A stretch of 64,000 bases of DNA from Catajapyx aquilonaris (taxonomy: Eukaryota), in contig KZ538433.1 of NCBI GenBank assembly GCA_000934665.2, forward strand, positions 1-64,000, in the 5' to 3' direction. Of this stretch, positions 29,401 through 41,709 are shown piece after piece. The notes beneath the pieces were generated by a model. That model ran no database searches. It worked only from the letters and a program-made list of their open reading frames with translations, and was not told the origin of the DNA. Every line of letters begins with the position of its first letter. Position 1 is the stretch's first letter. The position numbers and the translations under genes are program-made.

Positions 29401-31583
29401 GAGTATAATTAGGAAACTGTTCTGAAAACCAACATGAAATTTTAAACTCATGCTTTTAGCATAACACGCTGTTATGTAATGCATAAATTTACCTTATTTA
29501 ATGGTACAGTCACCTGCAAAAAAATCTCCAACATTGCATATTTTGGTCAAAATTCGCATATTTCGCAATTTATTACGGCGTTATGGTAAACGTGACGGTT
29601 ATGCCGAATATATTTTGTGACATACTCGGTGACCCCCTAAAGGTTATGCAATAAAACCTTTGCTAGCTCCGCGTGTAGTTGAGATATGCGAGGTGAAAAT
29701 ATGGCAACAAGCGAAAACACGCATATTTCGAAAATTATTTTCTCAAAAACCCCATTTTTTTTTGTTTTTATTATTTTACACGGACAGACAAGTTTTAAAA
29801 TGAGGTAGTGTCAAAACCTGGTGCATACTTTTTGTAAGTGAGATACAATTTTTTTTCAGATGACAAATCTCGTCATTGTGCTACAATATAGCACACTTCA
29901 TATAAATATTTTCTCGAAGAAGCCATTTTAAATATTTAATCGTTATTTTTTGTATAACAAAGTAGCATGGGTTCTATTATAAAATTATATCAAAATTCGG
30001 TATGCACAATGCCGTAATTTACTGGTACAGTCATCTTCAAAAAAAAATCGCCAATGGTGCTTGTTTTGCTGAAAATTCACTTATTATGCAATTTATTATG
30101 GAGTTATTATTAAGGTTAGACAAATGAAGCCAATTATGTACAACGTTGTTAAAGGTCATGTTGTAAGGACAAATAATATCATTAATATCTGCATTCAAAG
30201 AAGAGATACACCTGGTCAAAGTATGGTCATATGAGAAAACATGCCTGAAAAATACCTTCTTTATTCAAAAGAGCCATTTTTTATTGATTTTATTTTCATT
30301 TGTGTAGATAATGACGCTCTCTTTCAAAAGATATAGTGTGAAAAAAAAAAAAGCTTGTGACAATTTACACATTTGTCATGAATTGGGTTTAACCCAGAGC
30401 AACATTCAAAAATATATAATTCAAGTATACGCATATGCCCCGGGTTTGTAATATACCTTTTGACAGAGAGCGTCATTATCTACACAAATGAAAATAAAAT
30501 CAATAAAAAATGGCTCTTTTGAATAAAAAGGTATTTTTCAGGCATGTTTTCTCATATGACCATACTTTGACCAGGTGTATCTCTTCTTTGAATGCAGATA
30601 TTAATGATATTATTTGTCCTTACAACATGACCTTTAACAACGTTGTACATAATTAGTTTCATTTGTATAACCTTAATAATAACTCCATAATAAATTGCAT
30701 AATAAGTGAATTTCCAGCAAAAGAAGCACTTTTGGCGATTTTTTTTGAAGATGACTGTACCAATAAATTACGGCAATGATATAATTTTATAATAGAACTC
30801 ATGCTACTTTGTTATACAAAAAATAACGATTAAATATTTAAAATGGTTTCTTCGAAAAAATATTTATATGAAGTGTGCTACATTGTAGCACAATGACGAA
30901 ACTTGTCATCTGAAAAAAAATGGTATCTCACTTACAAAAAGTATGCACCGGGTTTTGACACTACCTTATTTTAAAACCTGTCTGTCCGTGTAAAATAATA
31001 AAAAAATAATAATAAATGGCTTTTTTGAGAAAATAATTTTTGAAATATGCGTGTTTTCGCTTGTTGCCATATTTTCACCTCGCCTATCTCAACTACACGC
31101 GGAGCTAGCAAAGGTTTTATTGCATAACCTTTAGGGGGTCACCGAGTATGTCACAAAATATATTCGGCATAACCGTCACGTTTACCATAACGCCGTAATA
31201 AATTGCGAAATATGCGAATTTTGACCAAAATATGCAATGTTGGAGATTTTTTTGCCGGTGACTGTACCATTAAATAAGGTAAATTTATGCATTACACAAC
31301 AGCGTGTTATGCTAAAAGCATGAGTTTAAAATTTCATGTTGGTTTTCAGAACAGTTTCCTAATTATACTCATTGAAAGCAATGGAAAAAGTGCACCTTCC
31401 CGTGAAGGTTATTTTGGTACCCCTTGAAAGAAATATTAATATCTCGATAACTAAATTTAATCTCGTAAAACTGATTGCTCCATAAGGGTTCAATTGGATG
31501 TGGGTTTCACATATATTTAAAAAAAAAAAATCGAAGACCATGACTGGGCACCCTCTGTCTGGATTGAAATGGAACCAGCCTAC

Positions 31584-31646
<63 letters not shown>

Positions 31647-34600
31647 CTGGGTAGTGCTAGACCTCAATTGAGGTGTGGAGCATGGACCTTTATTATACGT
31701 TGTATAGTGCAGTACAATGCTGGAACCTTGAACGAATCGCCCTGGTCCAAGGGTCGGATGACAGGAGGGGATATGCAAGGTGCAGTGAAATGTCTTTGCT
31801 GTGGTCATTTTGTGAACTCCCCCGGGTGGTTTGTCTTACTGGAGATACCACCCGAGACGAAGCCAGAGACGCCCCAACTCTGCTTGAGATGAAGGGGGTA
31901 ACCCCGGGCTGCTATTGAACCCGGGACGTTAACATCCGTGGGCGCATAAGTTACCGCAGCGCCACTCCGCCTCCCTATGACGATATAAACTAAAACACTT
32001 CCTAAGGCTATGGTGAAAGAAATTTCCATTGGGGTTATACCAGAGAATTTTAAAAAAATTATTTTGTTTGGTTGACTTATAATGCAACCAACACAGCCGT
32101 GGGAGACAAACGGTTAAAGTTTCAAACCTGCTTTGCTCTTAGCAAAATTACCTAGCTTGTAAAACCTATTCACCAGTGGTAAAAATGTATACTGTATGCG
32201 GTAATTCAAATTCACCACTGGAGAATATGCGGATTGTCCGATAATTATTGGAAACACTGTTACCACTCGGCACCCCACGCTGCCAGTACCTAATGTGGAT
32301 AGGTCCTTTTAGAGTCAGCCCTGGGGAACCCTATGGTACCATTTGCTAAGCATTTGCAGCAGTATGTGAGGAGCAGTGCCTGTTCAAAGTGTATCCATTT
32401 ATGTGAATGCCCTAAGAAAGCCCTGCTTCATCAAGATCCTTGTTTCACATGGAAAATCTGCCAGACAGCACCAACATGATCTTGTGCAGAGGTGTGGTGA
32501 CTCTGCCTCCCGTATCGTACAGTGTTGGTCATATATCGAGGGAACTGCCAGTGACATTTTCCGAAGCAGCAGAAGAAGGAATCGAAGATAAGGATACTTC
32601 AAGCCGGGCGAGCAAGATTCCTTCTTCTGCCGCTTCGGAAAATGTCGCTGGCGGTTGCCTCGATATATGACCAACAGTGTACCATTGTGAGGTTCTTACG
32701 AGTTTTTAAAGAACCCTCCCCCCCCCCCCCCNCCCCCCCCCTTCCCCCCTGTACTGCAATGGACCCGACCCATGACGAATCTGTGACATCTCTGTTGGAT
32801 ATGGACTGGCGATGGACCTGCACGGAATTGGCAATGGAAATTGGAAAGCAGCATCAATACCATACTTGCAACATCATCTCCATCCATAAATTAGCCTTAA
32901 CGCGATTTCGTACCCCTTTGGTGCGCTGCGTCTTGGCCCGGAGGTGGCGTTACTCTTTGCATAGTCTCTTATGGACAAAGCTGTCTTTCAATTTTTCTCA
33001 GTTGTAAATGAACCAAAAATAACGCAAATCATGTCGTTAGATAGCCAGGAACAAACATGGTTCATCCCTTCGAGTTGGCCATACGCTTTGGCATACGTGT
33101 GTAATTAGCTGCGGAAAATTATCAACGTGAGCCATGTCACAAGTGCACTGGGAATGAGTAAAACCGGGCCCTCTCAGCAGGGGGGCTGCCCCCTCCCCAC
33201 CACCCTGGCCCTCATAACTCACAACCCAGCCATCAGTGAAAGGGGTTAGGTTTGGTAGGAGGGGAGGCATAGGAATTGCAGCCCTGCACATTCTCATGTA
33301 GGCCTATCATTTAAATGTTTTAATAAAATAACATGTAATAAGAGAGATGATTTTGTTTCTGTCCTATAAATCCAAAATTCCTCTCATGAATCTAATCAGA
33401 AAGCAATGAGGACACAAGTGTCGTGTAAGTCACGAAAGAAATAATATATTAATAACATAACCACCAAGTTCACATAATAATATTTTAATTTGAGTCTTTG
33501 AAAGTATCCTCACCTGAATAACACTAACATTCAAGTCATAAATGTGAAGAATTTTACATTAATATCTGAAGCCTCTGTTACCAGTGGCTTTCTTGTCGTG
33601 TAAGTCACGGATTCCTTTATATATTTAATAACTCATATGAAATGTGCAACTGTTAAAATCAAAACATTAATTAACACTTACATACTGCCTATTTCTGTTT
33701 AAACACCCTTTCCTTAAATGCTAAGTTTGTGCTTTAAAAAATTAAAAGTTAGGCATGAACTGACTGCCCCGAGGTTAAAAACAAATTTCATGGAAAATGA
33801 TTGGTCATTATGCATTCCGAGTGACCTAAGGAACATTGGAATAGCGATGAATGCCCATGGACATGGAAATCGTGTTGCATAGTGTAAGTACAATACAAGT
33901 GGTGATCAATCTCATTATTCTGCATTACATTACATGGTAAAAGTAATGGTCGCGATCAGAAATCGCATAATATCTTTCTTTTTAAATCCTGAAGCACTTT
34001 TACTGCGATGGAGGCGGATTCCCAGGAAAAGAAGGTGAGGCAAGCAGTACTGACAATGACATCTATAATTGCTGATTAGTTTTTCAATTTTTGAACATGC
34101 TATCATTAGAGCAAAGCCTACATCACAGAAAATGAAATATTCGTATGTTATGTGATTATTTCATTTCCTGTGATATTATTCATCACATTATTTACTCTCT
34201 ATATACATGTATTTGGAAAATAAATGTCATATGCGGAATTTGTTTAAATTAAATTATCCAGGTCTTCGGGAAAACACATATTTCAAAAGAGCCGGGGTTA
34301 CTCCCCCCTGCCCCCTCCACCCTGTCCTTCACTGACCACGGACTGACTTGTGATGTGCAGGTGAGGAAGAGAGGTTCGAAGAGTTTCAGCCAGATAAGGA
34401 GGGCTGGGGTGGTGTGGAGGGAGCAGCGCCCCTGCTGAGAGGGCCTGGTTTTTCTCATTCCCAGTGCACTTGTGACATGGCTAACATGAATAATTTTCCA
34501 CAATTAATTACACACTTATACCAAAGCATATGGCCAACACGAAGGGATGAACCATGTAGTATTTGTTCCCAGCTATCTAACGACATGATTTGCATTATTT

Positions 34601-37600
34601 TTGGTGCATTTGCAACTGAGAAAAATTGAAAGACAGTTTGTCCATAAGTCTCTATGCAAACAGTAACGCCATCTCTGGGCCAAGACGCAGCGCACCAAAG
34701 GGGTACGAATTCCTGTTAAGAGGAAGGCTTTGTTGCAGAGGAGACCCATTGTCTTTCATGACAACCCTTGCAGCTGTCATGTGGTCATTGCTGTTCGGAA
34801 ATTTACCTCAGAAATGGGAATGGGAGCTGTTGGAACATCCTCTCTATTCATATGACATGAGTACATGTGCCTACAATCAACTACATAAATGAAGGAACCC
34901 TTAGATGGCTTTCATTTCTGCAAGAGGGAAGCATATCTTAGAGGGCAGTCTCTGTGTAACACTTCCACAAAAAAAAAGCTGCTGACGGCGTTAGAAGCTT
35001 TTCATGGATATGGAAAAATGTCATAAAAATAGCTCGGTACTACACCTAGATAATGTGAAATGTTCATGTGTGTAGCCATACTGATACGAAAATTACAGCA
35101 GTGTTGCCAATAATTATCGGATGACCCATGTATATTTTAACACCTATTTTCTCCTGTTATTCTAAAAATAAATGCCAATTTTAGGGGGTATAAAAAATGT
35201 TAGCTGCTAATAATATAAGATTGAATGGAGGTATCCTTTTGAATCACTGCACTGCATGGGTGTGTAGCCTGCAAAATACAGTGACAGCCCTTGATGACCA
35301 TGGGCCCTAAGTATGTCATTTCCAGTGTCTTATTCTCAGCAAGTCAATGAAATTCTGGATCTGAATAGATACTGATATTCAGCCTAATATTATCAGCTAA
35401 TATTTTGGATAGCCCTTAGTCCTGTGGTTTCCAACCGGTGGGTCGCGATCCCCCTGGGGGTCGCAACCCTTGGGTCAACTTTTGATTGTTTTTGCAATTT
35501 ATGAGCAATAATGAATAATTTAACAATAAAAATGAGTGAACACTGTGTATGAGTTTTATGTTTGAGCCATAGTTCGTTGAGAGAAATCTAGCAACGTTCG
35601 CCCTCACGCGCTTCTCTATCCGTGGAAGATGTACGATAAAAAATCAAATATACTTCTTGAGTGAATGAGGGGTCCCAATCACTTTCGGACATTTGCATAG
35701 GACAGTTTCTAAAATTTATTTAAGCCAAAGGGATGGCACTACCTGTGAATATATTAGTCACTTACATTACCAAAGAGTACCTCCACCATGCCGAAAAATA
35801 TTGGGTGTGTAGGTATAACAGGAGCTCATATAAAAATTCAAATGTTCAAAAGTGGACCACTGTGCCTCGGTCTCCCCTATCCAGGTTTTACACTATATTC
35901 CAATGAAATGTTGGCAATGAAGACCAGTCCAGGTGTCCATCTACATGGATAAGTAAGTTCCTAGTTGTACCCAATTGTGGACCTCATGTTGCTCTCGTAA
36001 ACCACTATCTGTGGCATGCTGTACCAGCCATAGTGAAATGCCTTATTGTGACCAAATCAGTCCAGACTTACTAAATATTCCTGTAAGATTTTATAAGAGT
36101 GCACATGTATAGGCCTTGGGCACTGATGTAACTAGCCTGGAATTGTCAGTTTCATTGTTCACATTTTAAAAAGTCATTGTTGCCATTGTAATGTAAGGAA
36201 TCGAATTCTGATTCTGCTGTCACTGGGCATGTGGCTGAGCAGAAAGAGTTCGAACTTCGAAATGAACTGTTTAATAAATAATATTAATCATAATTCCAAA
36301 CAGTAGCTAACTGAAATGGCATTAGCTGAATCTGGACTTGCATCTGATTACTGCTGGTGCAAGCAATCATTGCAACATTAGCTTAGTCCCTGCAATATAA
36401 GAACCAAGCAACCCTGACAGCCATGCTCTTCTATTCCTCAGCAATTTTTTCTGATATGTCTTACATAGTGTTAAACAACATGGTAACATGGGTAACACGG
36501 TAATCTTGCAGTTATGGGTCAACTTTCCTGCGCTGGCTTCTTGAGTTTGAATTCTGGAATAAGCAGATGGATTTCCAGGTGGGAAAGAATTTGGGTGGAT
36601 TCTGTATACTACATGGAGAGAGAATTTTTGCAAACATTTTTCCATTCCATCTCACATAGAAAATTATATCAAAAGAGTACTCCATAAATTTCAAATTGAT
36701 TCAATAGTATAGAAATCCCTCATAAAGGCCAAGTACTCTTTCATTGTTAAATGTTAAATTATTTATCAGAGTACCAAAATGCACACATGTCAATCTTGCA
36801 AGAACTTGCCATTTGTACTTTAAACTCAAGACACAATTTCATTTTTCTGTCAGGCTTACAGGTACCACCTCAAAGTGTTTAAACTTCTCATCATACAACT
36901 ACCTGGGCTTTGCGGACAACTCAGGCCCTTGTGCTGATGCTACTGAGGATGTCATTCGGACAATTGGTGTTGGTGTTGCAAGCACCAAGAGAGAACTTGG
37001 GACAATGGCCATACATCAGGAGCTGGATGAGCTGGTGGCTCGGTTTTTGGGAGTTGAAGATGCAATAACTTTTGGAATGGGATTTGCTACCAATGCCTTG
37101 AACCTGCCAAGCCTTGTCTCTAAGGGATGCCTGGTGTTAAGTGATGCGAAAAATCATGCCTCAATCATCTTGGGACTGCGACTTTCTGGAGCAGCTGTCT
37201 GGGTTTTCAAACACAATTGTGAGTGTTGACAATTTGTTTTTTTCTGGAAGCATCTTACAAAATATCAGTCTTCTAACGTACTGGAATTGCAAGGATTTAT
37301 GTGAGCCAAGCTGCAGGGTTGGCTATTTTGCATCTTACACATTTGAGACGAACTTTCTGGTGGATAATTGATATTTTAATACAGGATATCAACATGCCAA
37401 AATATTTTCTGATTTTCCAACAAGAAAAGTAGAGTGCTTGCTGTTAATGAGGTGGCTTAATGTACTACTGTGTTTCAAAAGTAAGTAGGCTACTTTGGCC
37501 ATTTTAAAATGTTTAAAAAACCTCTAAAATCAACATGGCCACATGATGGCGCAGATCTTGAGCTCCTGCAGCACACAAAGACTGGTTATGGACATGTATT

Positions 37601-40600
37601 TTTGTAATAATAACAATAGAATTTGTAACCCAAGTTTTAGCACTGGTTGTGAAGCCTATTTTTTTGTCTGTTGGTCACTCCCTTTGCTCTCACAAGTCAA
37701 GTTATATTTAAATTGCTGCGGCTATGGAATGGAATTCTTCTTGACATCAGTTCAGGCAGAATGAGTGTGATGGACAGTAACAGACGGTATATTAAAGAGC
37801 TATTTCCTGTCCTGAGCATGCCTCTCTGATAGGGGTGTTGCCCTTATCAAGTTGCTCTTTGCCAAGAGGGGTGAGGATGTAAGGCTGATAGAGCTTGTTG
37901 ATTTCTGCCACATGTACAAAGCACGGTAGCAATCCAAACTTGTTCATTTGACCTAGAGCTTAGTGTCATTTACATCTGACATCTGCTATTCATATGGCTT
38001 ACAATAAACTTCATGTATCCAGATAATCTCTTCAGAACAAATGTGTGCTAACTCAGCCTGTTGTGCACAATGTCAATTACGTAATAACATCCCACTGGCA
38101 AAAAAACAAAAACAACGAGTAGCCTACTCTTGAAAACAAAATTTGCTATCTTGAGGCAAACACCTGTGATATGCAAGATTAAGGACACAACTTTGAAAAT
38201 TGTGGATAAATAAAAATATTCCAATGGTGGAGTAATAAGAATAACAACGGTATTATGCTGTGTTAACATAGATAGAATAAAGGTTTATCTATGTTATATA
38301 TGTTATATGATATAAATTTCATTATTGCATTCACAGCTTTCAAATTTTCTTTTAGGATATTTTGAGTTTTTGTTGAGTATATAATAATAAATAATGGATA
38401 CCCCGTGATAGGCCCCTTGGGCCTCTTAGGGGATCATCTTTTAATAGACCGACTTTAATCATTTGCCTGTAATGTGATGGATTTTGTTAGTGGGAGGAAA
38501 CGGGAGACCCCCGAGAAAACCCACGCGAACACGGAGAGAACCCATCGAAACTCTATCCACATAAGTATCCTCCGTCCGACCCGGGGATCGAACTCGGGAC
38601 CTTAGAGGTGGAAGGCTGCGCCGCTAACCGCTCGGCCACCGTGTCGCCAGTTTTTGTTGAGTACTAGGTGAACTTCACAGCAACTTGTGCAGTAAATTGC
38701 TTGCCCTCTATTAATGAATAATAAATATTGGGTTTGCAGACATGAATTATATTATTACAGGTACAACTGGGAAAATTGAGGAGGCCTAACATTACATTTG
38801 AAATTTCTTGCAAGCATTGTGGTGTATTATATGAAGAGAGTGGAGCAGTGAACTTACTGAGAGCATTGGACCCTGAGATACAGGATGTAATGTCTTGGGA
38901 CAAAGCTGATGGAAAATTTGTTTTACTCCCAGTTCTAGTAGCATATTAGCAGCCAAGGTTTCATTGGATTTCATGTTGCTTCATCTTGGTGAAATTGTAT
39001 CCTGCTTGTCTGGAATGAGTTGGTATTTGTTGCAGGCATGAAGGACTTAGAAGATAAGCTCCACAAGGCAGTTGTGTATGGACAGCCCAGGACACACAGG
39101 CCATGGCAAAAGATACTAATCGTGGTGGAAGGAGTGTACAGCATGGAAGGATCAATAGTTCATCTTCCAGAGGTTATTGCCCTTAAGAAGAAGTATAAGG
39201 TATGGCAGTTTATCCATGTTTACAAGTAAGTATGGATCTCACCATGCATTTTACAGGCATATTTGTACCTTGATGAAGCCCACAGCATTGGAGCCATGGG
39301 GCCTAATGGACGGGGAGTGCTTGATTATTATGGCTGCAACCCGAAAGATGTAGATGTTTTAATGGGAACTTTCACAAAGTCATTTGGTGGAGCAGGAGGA
39401 TACATTGCAGGAAGCAAGGTTTGTCACAAGAGTGGAGTGTGAAAAATGTGCTCATTTCCTTAATGTGGGTTTGTTTCAGGGACTGATTGATCACCTGAGG
39501 ATCCACAGTTTCGCCTCATGCTATGCGGTGTCCATGTCACCACCTGTGGCAGCACAGATCATCTCAGCCATGAAGATCATCATGGGTGAGGATGGGACCT
39601 CAGATGGTAGGTGCATTCAATTTAGTATTGTTAGTTTTCCTACCAGTGTGTCATCTTAAACCAGGGAAGAGGCGCATGATTCAATTGGCCAGAAACAGCC
39701 GATACTTCCGTCAGCGCCTGAAGCAGATGGGGTTCATAATATATGGAAATGATGACTCCCCTGTAGTTCCCTTGCTTCTGTGCATGCCTGCAAAGATAGC
39801 GTGAGTAGAATAATGCTTTTAGCATAACTGTTGCTGATGTATTGGGTGTAACATGGCCACAACTAGTTAAAAATTTTTATGTGCAGGGCTGTGATGAAAG
39901 AGCTCTTGAAACGCAACATTGCAGTGGTGAGTGTTGGATTTCCAGGCACTCCACTGATGTCAAGTAGGGTCCGATTTTGCCTCTCAGCTGCTCACACCAA
40001 AGAAATGTTGGATGAGGTGAGTTTTGCAGAAATGATTTTTGGGTCTAGTGGTGAAGTGTGCTTTTCAAGTGTGAAAAGCAAGAGTCAACCTGTTTGTTAA
40101 AAGAATACCAAATTAACCCACCCTGACCTAACCAAACCTTCATCAAAGACCCAGCTGAAAGCTGCTAGATCAAGTTGGCTTAAGTTGCCAAAATGAGTCC
40201 CAAGCCAGGGGCACTTCATCCACTGCCATCTCCATTCCAACTGCTCCATCCTGCTCCACACAGTATTGGTAATATTTTTCAGTCTTCTATGTGGGCTTTA
40301 CACAGTCTGATTTTTGGTGAGACTGACACGGATTCGACAATCAAACCCCTCTGTATAAACAGCATTCCATGTCAGATTCAAGGTCGGAGCCAGGGAGGCC
40401 AGCTTTGGCCACCTAGGCTGGTCAGAGATTGGAGTGGGTGGGGGATAACATCAAAGTGACTGTGTGAAGGAACCATTGGAAAGAAAGCGGCTCTCTGAAG
40501 GGCTCGTGGCATCCAACTCCCTATCTTGACCCTCTGCCTACCTTGGGGGGGCAGAGGAACAGGGTGTCGGGGGGAGCAGGACATCGGAGAGCCGACTTCT

Positions 40601-40841
40601 GTTTGACAAAGGGGTCCAATCCTTCCAATTCAGCAGGAGCCAAAATTGAAGCGCCTGTGTAAAGCCCACTTTAGGGCAATTTCCTAAATTCTAATAATTG
40701 TCCTACATGCAGGTGCTGACGCACATGAATCAAGTTGGAGATTACCTACACTTGAAGTATTCTCGCCTGCCACCTCCAAGAGGGCCCGTCATATATGGAG
40801 ATGACTGTGACAGGTGCTGGCCAGTAAGCCTTTTGGACTAA
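20495..40841 (+). CDS. SPTLC2: Serine palmitoyltransferase 2-like, copy B, complete, about 519 aa. Exons 20495-20686, 28212-28366, 36854-37218, 39036-39199, 39257-39418, 39480-39606, 39665-39800, 39887-40016, 40713-40841
   Basis: N-terminal hydrophobic helix ([27 protein letters not shown]), [43 protein letters not shown] and [11 protein letters not shown]. Nine GT-AG exons sum to 1560 nt of open frame. An in-frame stop upstream of the ATG supports the start. Confidence 0.95.
21212..22597. mobile_element. Large imperfect foldback element with nested insertions
   Basis: Long inverted arms centred near 21930 (mirror ORFs 21705+ and 21719-). Carries the MITE at 22371. Confidence 0.8.
22371..22495. 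mobile_element. PIF/Harbinger (Tourist-like) palindromic MITE
   Basis: TIR GGGCCGGTTTCACC, TTA TSD. Partial copy at about 43075-43169. Confidence 0.88.
23092..23421. mobile_element. Palindromic Tc1/mariner-type MITE
   Basis: About 150-bp inverted arms starting CAGTGCTGGACATATTAGCCG, TA TSD. Confidence 0.88.
23488..23828. mobile_element. pogo/Tigger-like MITE
   Basis: TIR CAGTGGAGCCTCG, TA TSD. Confidence 0.82.
24046..24335 (+). pseudogene. 5' fragment of a mariner element (TIR plus start of transposase)
   Basis: TA|CGAGGGGTG.. terminus. ATG at 24208 reads ..[26 protein letters not shown] (mariner N-terminal HTH), then truncated. Confidence 0.7.
24420..24837. mobile_element. Foldback MITE
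   Basis: About 160-bp inverted arms with a long perfect core (CCATGGAATCACTGCATTTTGCTTCAGTTCATGATCC). Confidence 0.8.
24933..25200 (+). mobile_element. tRNA-derived SINE, family C, copy 1
   Basis: B box GGTTCGAATCCC, body GGTTTTCTGTGGTTTTCC, (TAAA)n tail, imperfect TSD containing TATGTTCAT. Confidence 0.85.
25446..25723 (-). mobile_element. tRNA-derived SINE, family D
   Basis: Minus-strand head GTGGTCTGGTGGTTAGCG..GGTTCGAACCC, central CTTCCTTCGGAGGGGAAGTAAAGCCGTCGGTCCC block, short direct repeat GTGACCT at both ends. Confidence 0.7.
25768..25901. mobile_element. hAT MITE (CAAGGGG termini)
   Basis: TIR CAAGGG(G/A)TTAGCAACT, 8-bp TSD GGCAA(A/T)GG. Related to 42313-42840. Confidence 0.7.
26230..26540. 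mobile_element. MITE with imperfect TIRs
   Basis: GCTTGTGTCCTTGGCAACCATAATTA is inverted at about 26480-26507. Confidence 0.6.
26786..27441. mobile_element. Mariner-derived foldback built from two inverted 3' halves
   Basis: TA|CGAGGGGC termini at both ends, transposase remnant [14 protein letters not shown] on the minus strand, inverted internal duplication. Confidence 0.75.
29190..31580. mobile_element. 2.4-kb foldback element (about 1.14-kb inverted arms, about 120-bp spacer)
   Basis: Arms near-identical in reverse complement, termini GGCTGGTTCC and GGAACCAGCC, TACA repeated on both flanks, no transposase ORF. Confidence 0.9.
31584..31975 (-). mobile_element. tRNA-derived SINE, family A, copy 2, with (ATT)n tail
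   Basis: Reverse complement of the head and body at 2019. The (AAT)n run at 31584-31646 is its 3' tail. Confidence 0.85.
32228..35130 (+). pseudogene. Decayed mariner element split by later insertions
   Basis: TIR pair TCCGATAATTATTGG(A/C)AAC, fragments [18 protein letters not shown] and [21 protein letters not shown] (degenerate HPPYSPDL..D motif). Confidence 0.65.
32901..34715. mobile_element. TTAA-flanked non-autonomous element with about 300-bp TIRs
   Basis: TTAA on both sides, TIRs containing TTCGTACCCCTTTGGTGCGCTGCGTCTTGGCCC, AT-rich core without an ORF. Confidence 0.78.
38380..38648 (-). mobile_element. tRNA-derived SINE, family E
   Basis: Head GGTGGCCGAGCGGTTAG..GAGTTCGATCCCC, 15-bp TSD AGTTTTTGTTGAGTA. 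Diverged copies at 61644-61850 and split at 57740/59100. Confidence 0.85.
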
Positions 40842-41286
40842 CGCTTTTCTTGATCTCACAATTTGTTTCTTGTAGTCCTAACCTTCTAACTGCTATGAAG
40901 CTGTGGGGACAGGACCCATTAAGAAAGCTGCAAGTTGTGGGAGTGTTGTCAGGAACTTCAATTCTTAAGGTGGTGTACTAGAAGTGTATGTGACTACCCT
41001 CAACTTCCATGTTCTTACCTTATAATTATCTGTAAGTCTGCAGTCTGAAACAGTTCATTGACACAACTCCCACTCATGCTAATATTAATTTTTGCCAGCT
41101 GCTTTTGGGTTTAAAGTGTGGGTGCCTGGCTCAAGTAACTTACTTACTAGTGAACTCATCACAGTTTGAGATAATCATTATTAATGTTTTCTTCATCATT
41201 TCACTTTCAGCTGGACATGTCCAAAGGGGGAAAACAAGGGTGAGCTTCTGCAACCTCAGAGACCACCAGGATCTGATTAAACATTA

Positions 41287-41317
<31 letters not shown>

Positions 41318-41318
41318 G
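41287..41318. repeat. (GT)n microsatellite
   Basis: Directly visible downstream of the SPT copy B stop codon. Confidence 0.8.
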
Positions 41319-41556
41319 GTTGTAATATGTGGTAGTACAGACTCCAAATTATGTAGTGGCATTTCAAGGAATGTGATGATTGTATGACCTTTACAGTATT
41401 GTAGATGTAAGCAATCATTTTTATTACCATGTGATGAATCTGAATGTAGTAGTTGCCTTTACTCTGTATGATGACACGTTGGATATTAAAATAGTAGTTG
41501 GCTTGACTTTATCACATGTCTGGTCTACTGTCATTTCGAAAATGTTGCCTATATTA

Positions 41557-41709
41557 TGTGGCGACCCTACCGGACAGCGCTGAACTTTATAGGTACAAAA
41601 GGAAGTGCTACATTGGGGGACCCAACGTGGTCGCCAGCGGCCATGTTGGCCCCGCATGTAGTGGCTTCCCTTCTACCTAAGTTCAGCATGGTCCGGTAGG
41701 GTCGCCACA
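41557..41709. mobile_element. Small MITE
   Basis: Perfect TIR TGTGGCGACCCTACCGGAC, TA flanks. Partial relative at about 43012. Confidence 0.7.

Noticed and set aside
31359..31892. Poly-Asn and poly-Ile ORFs
   Set aside because: Translation of the (AAT)n SINE tail.
337..40841. SPT duplication as an uncollapsed haplotype
   Set aside because: Synonymous sites, introns and C-termini are far too divergent for alleles.
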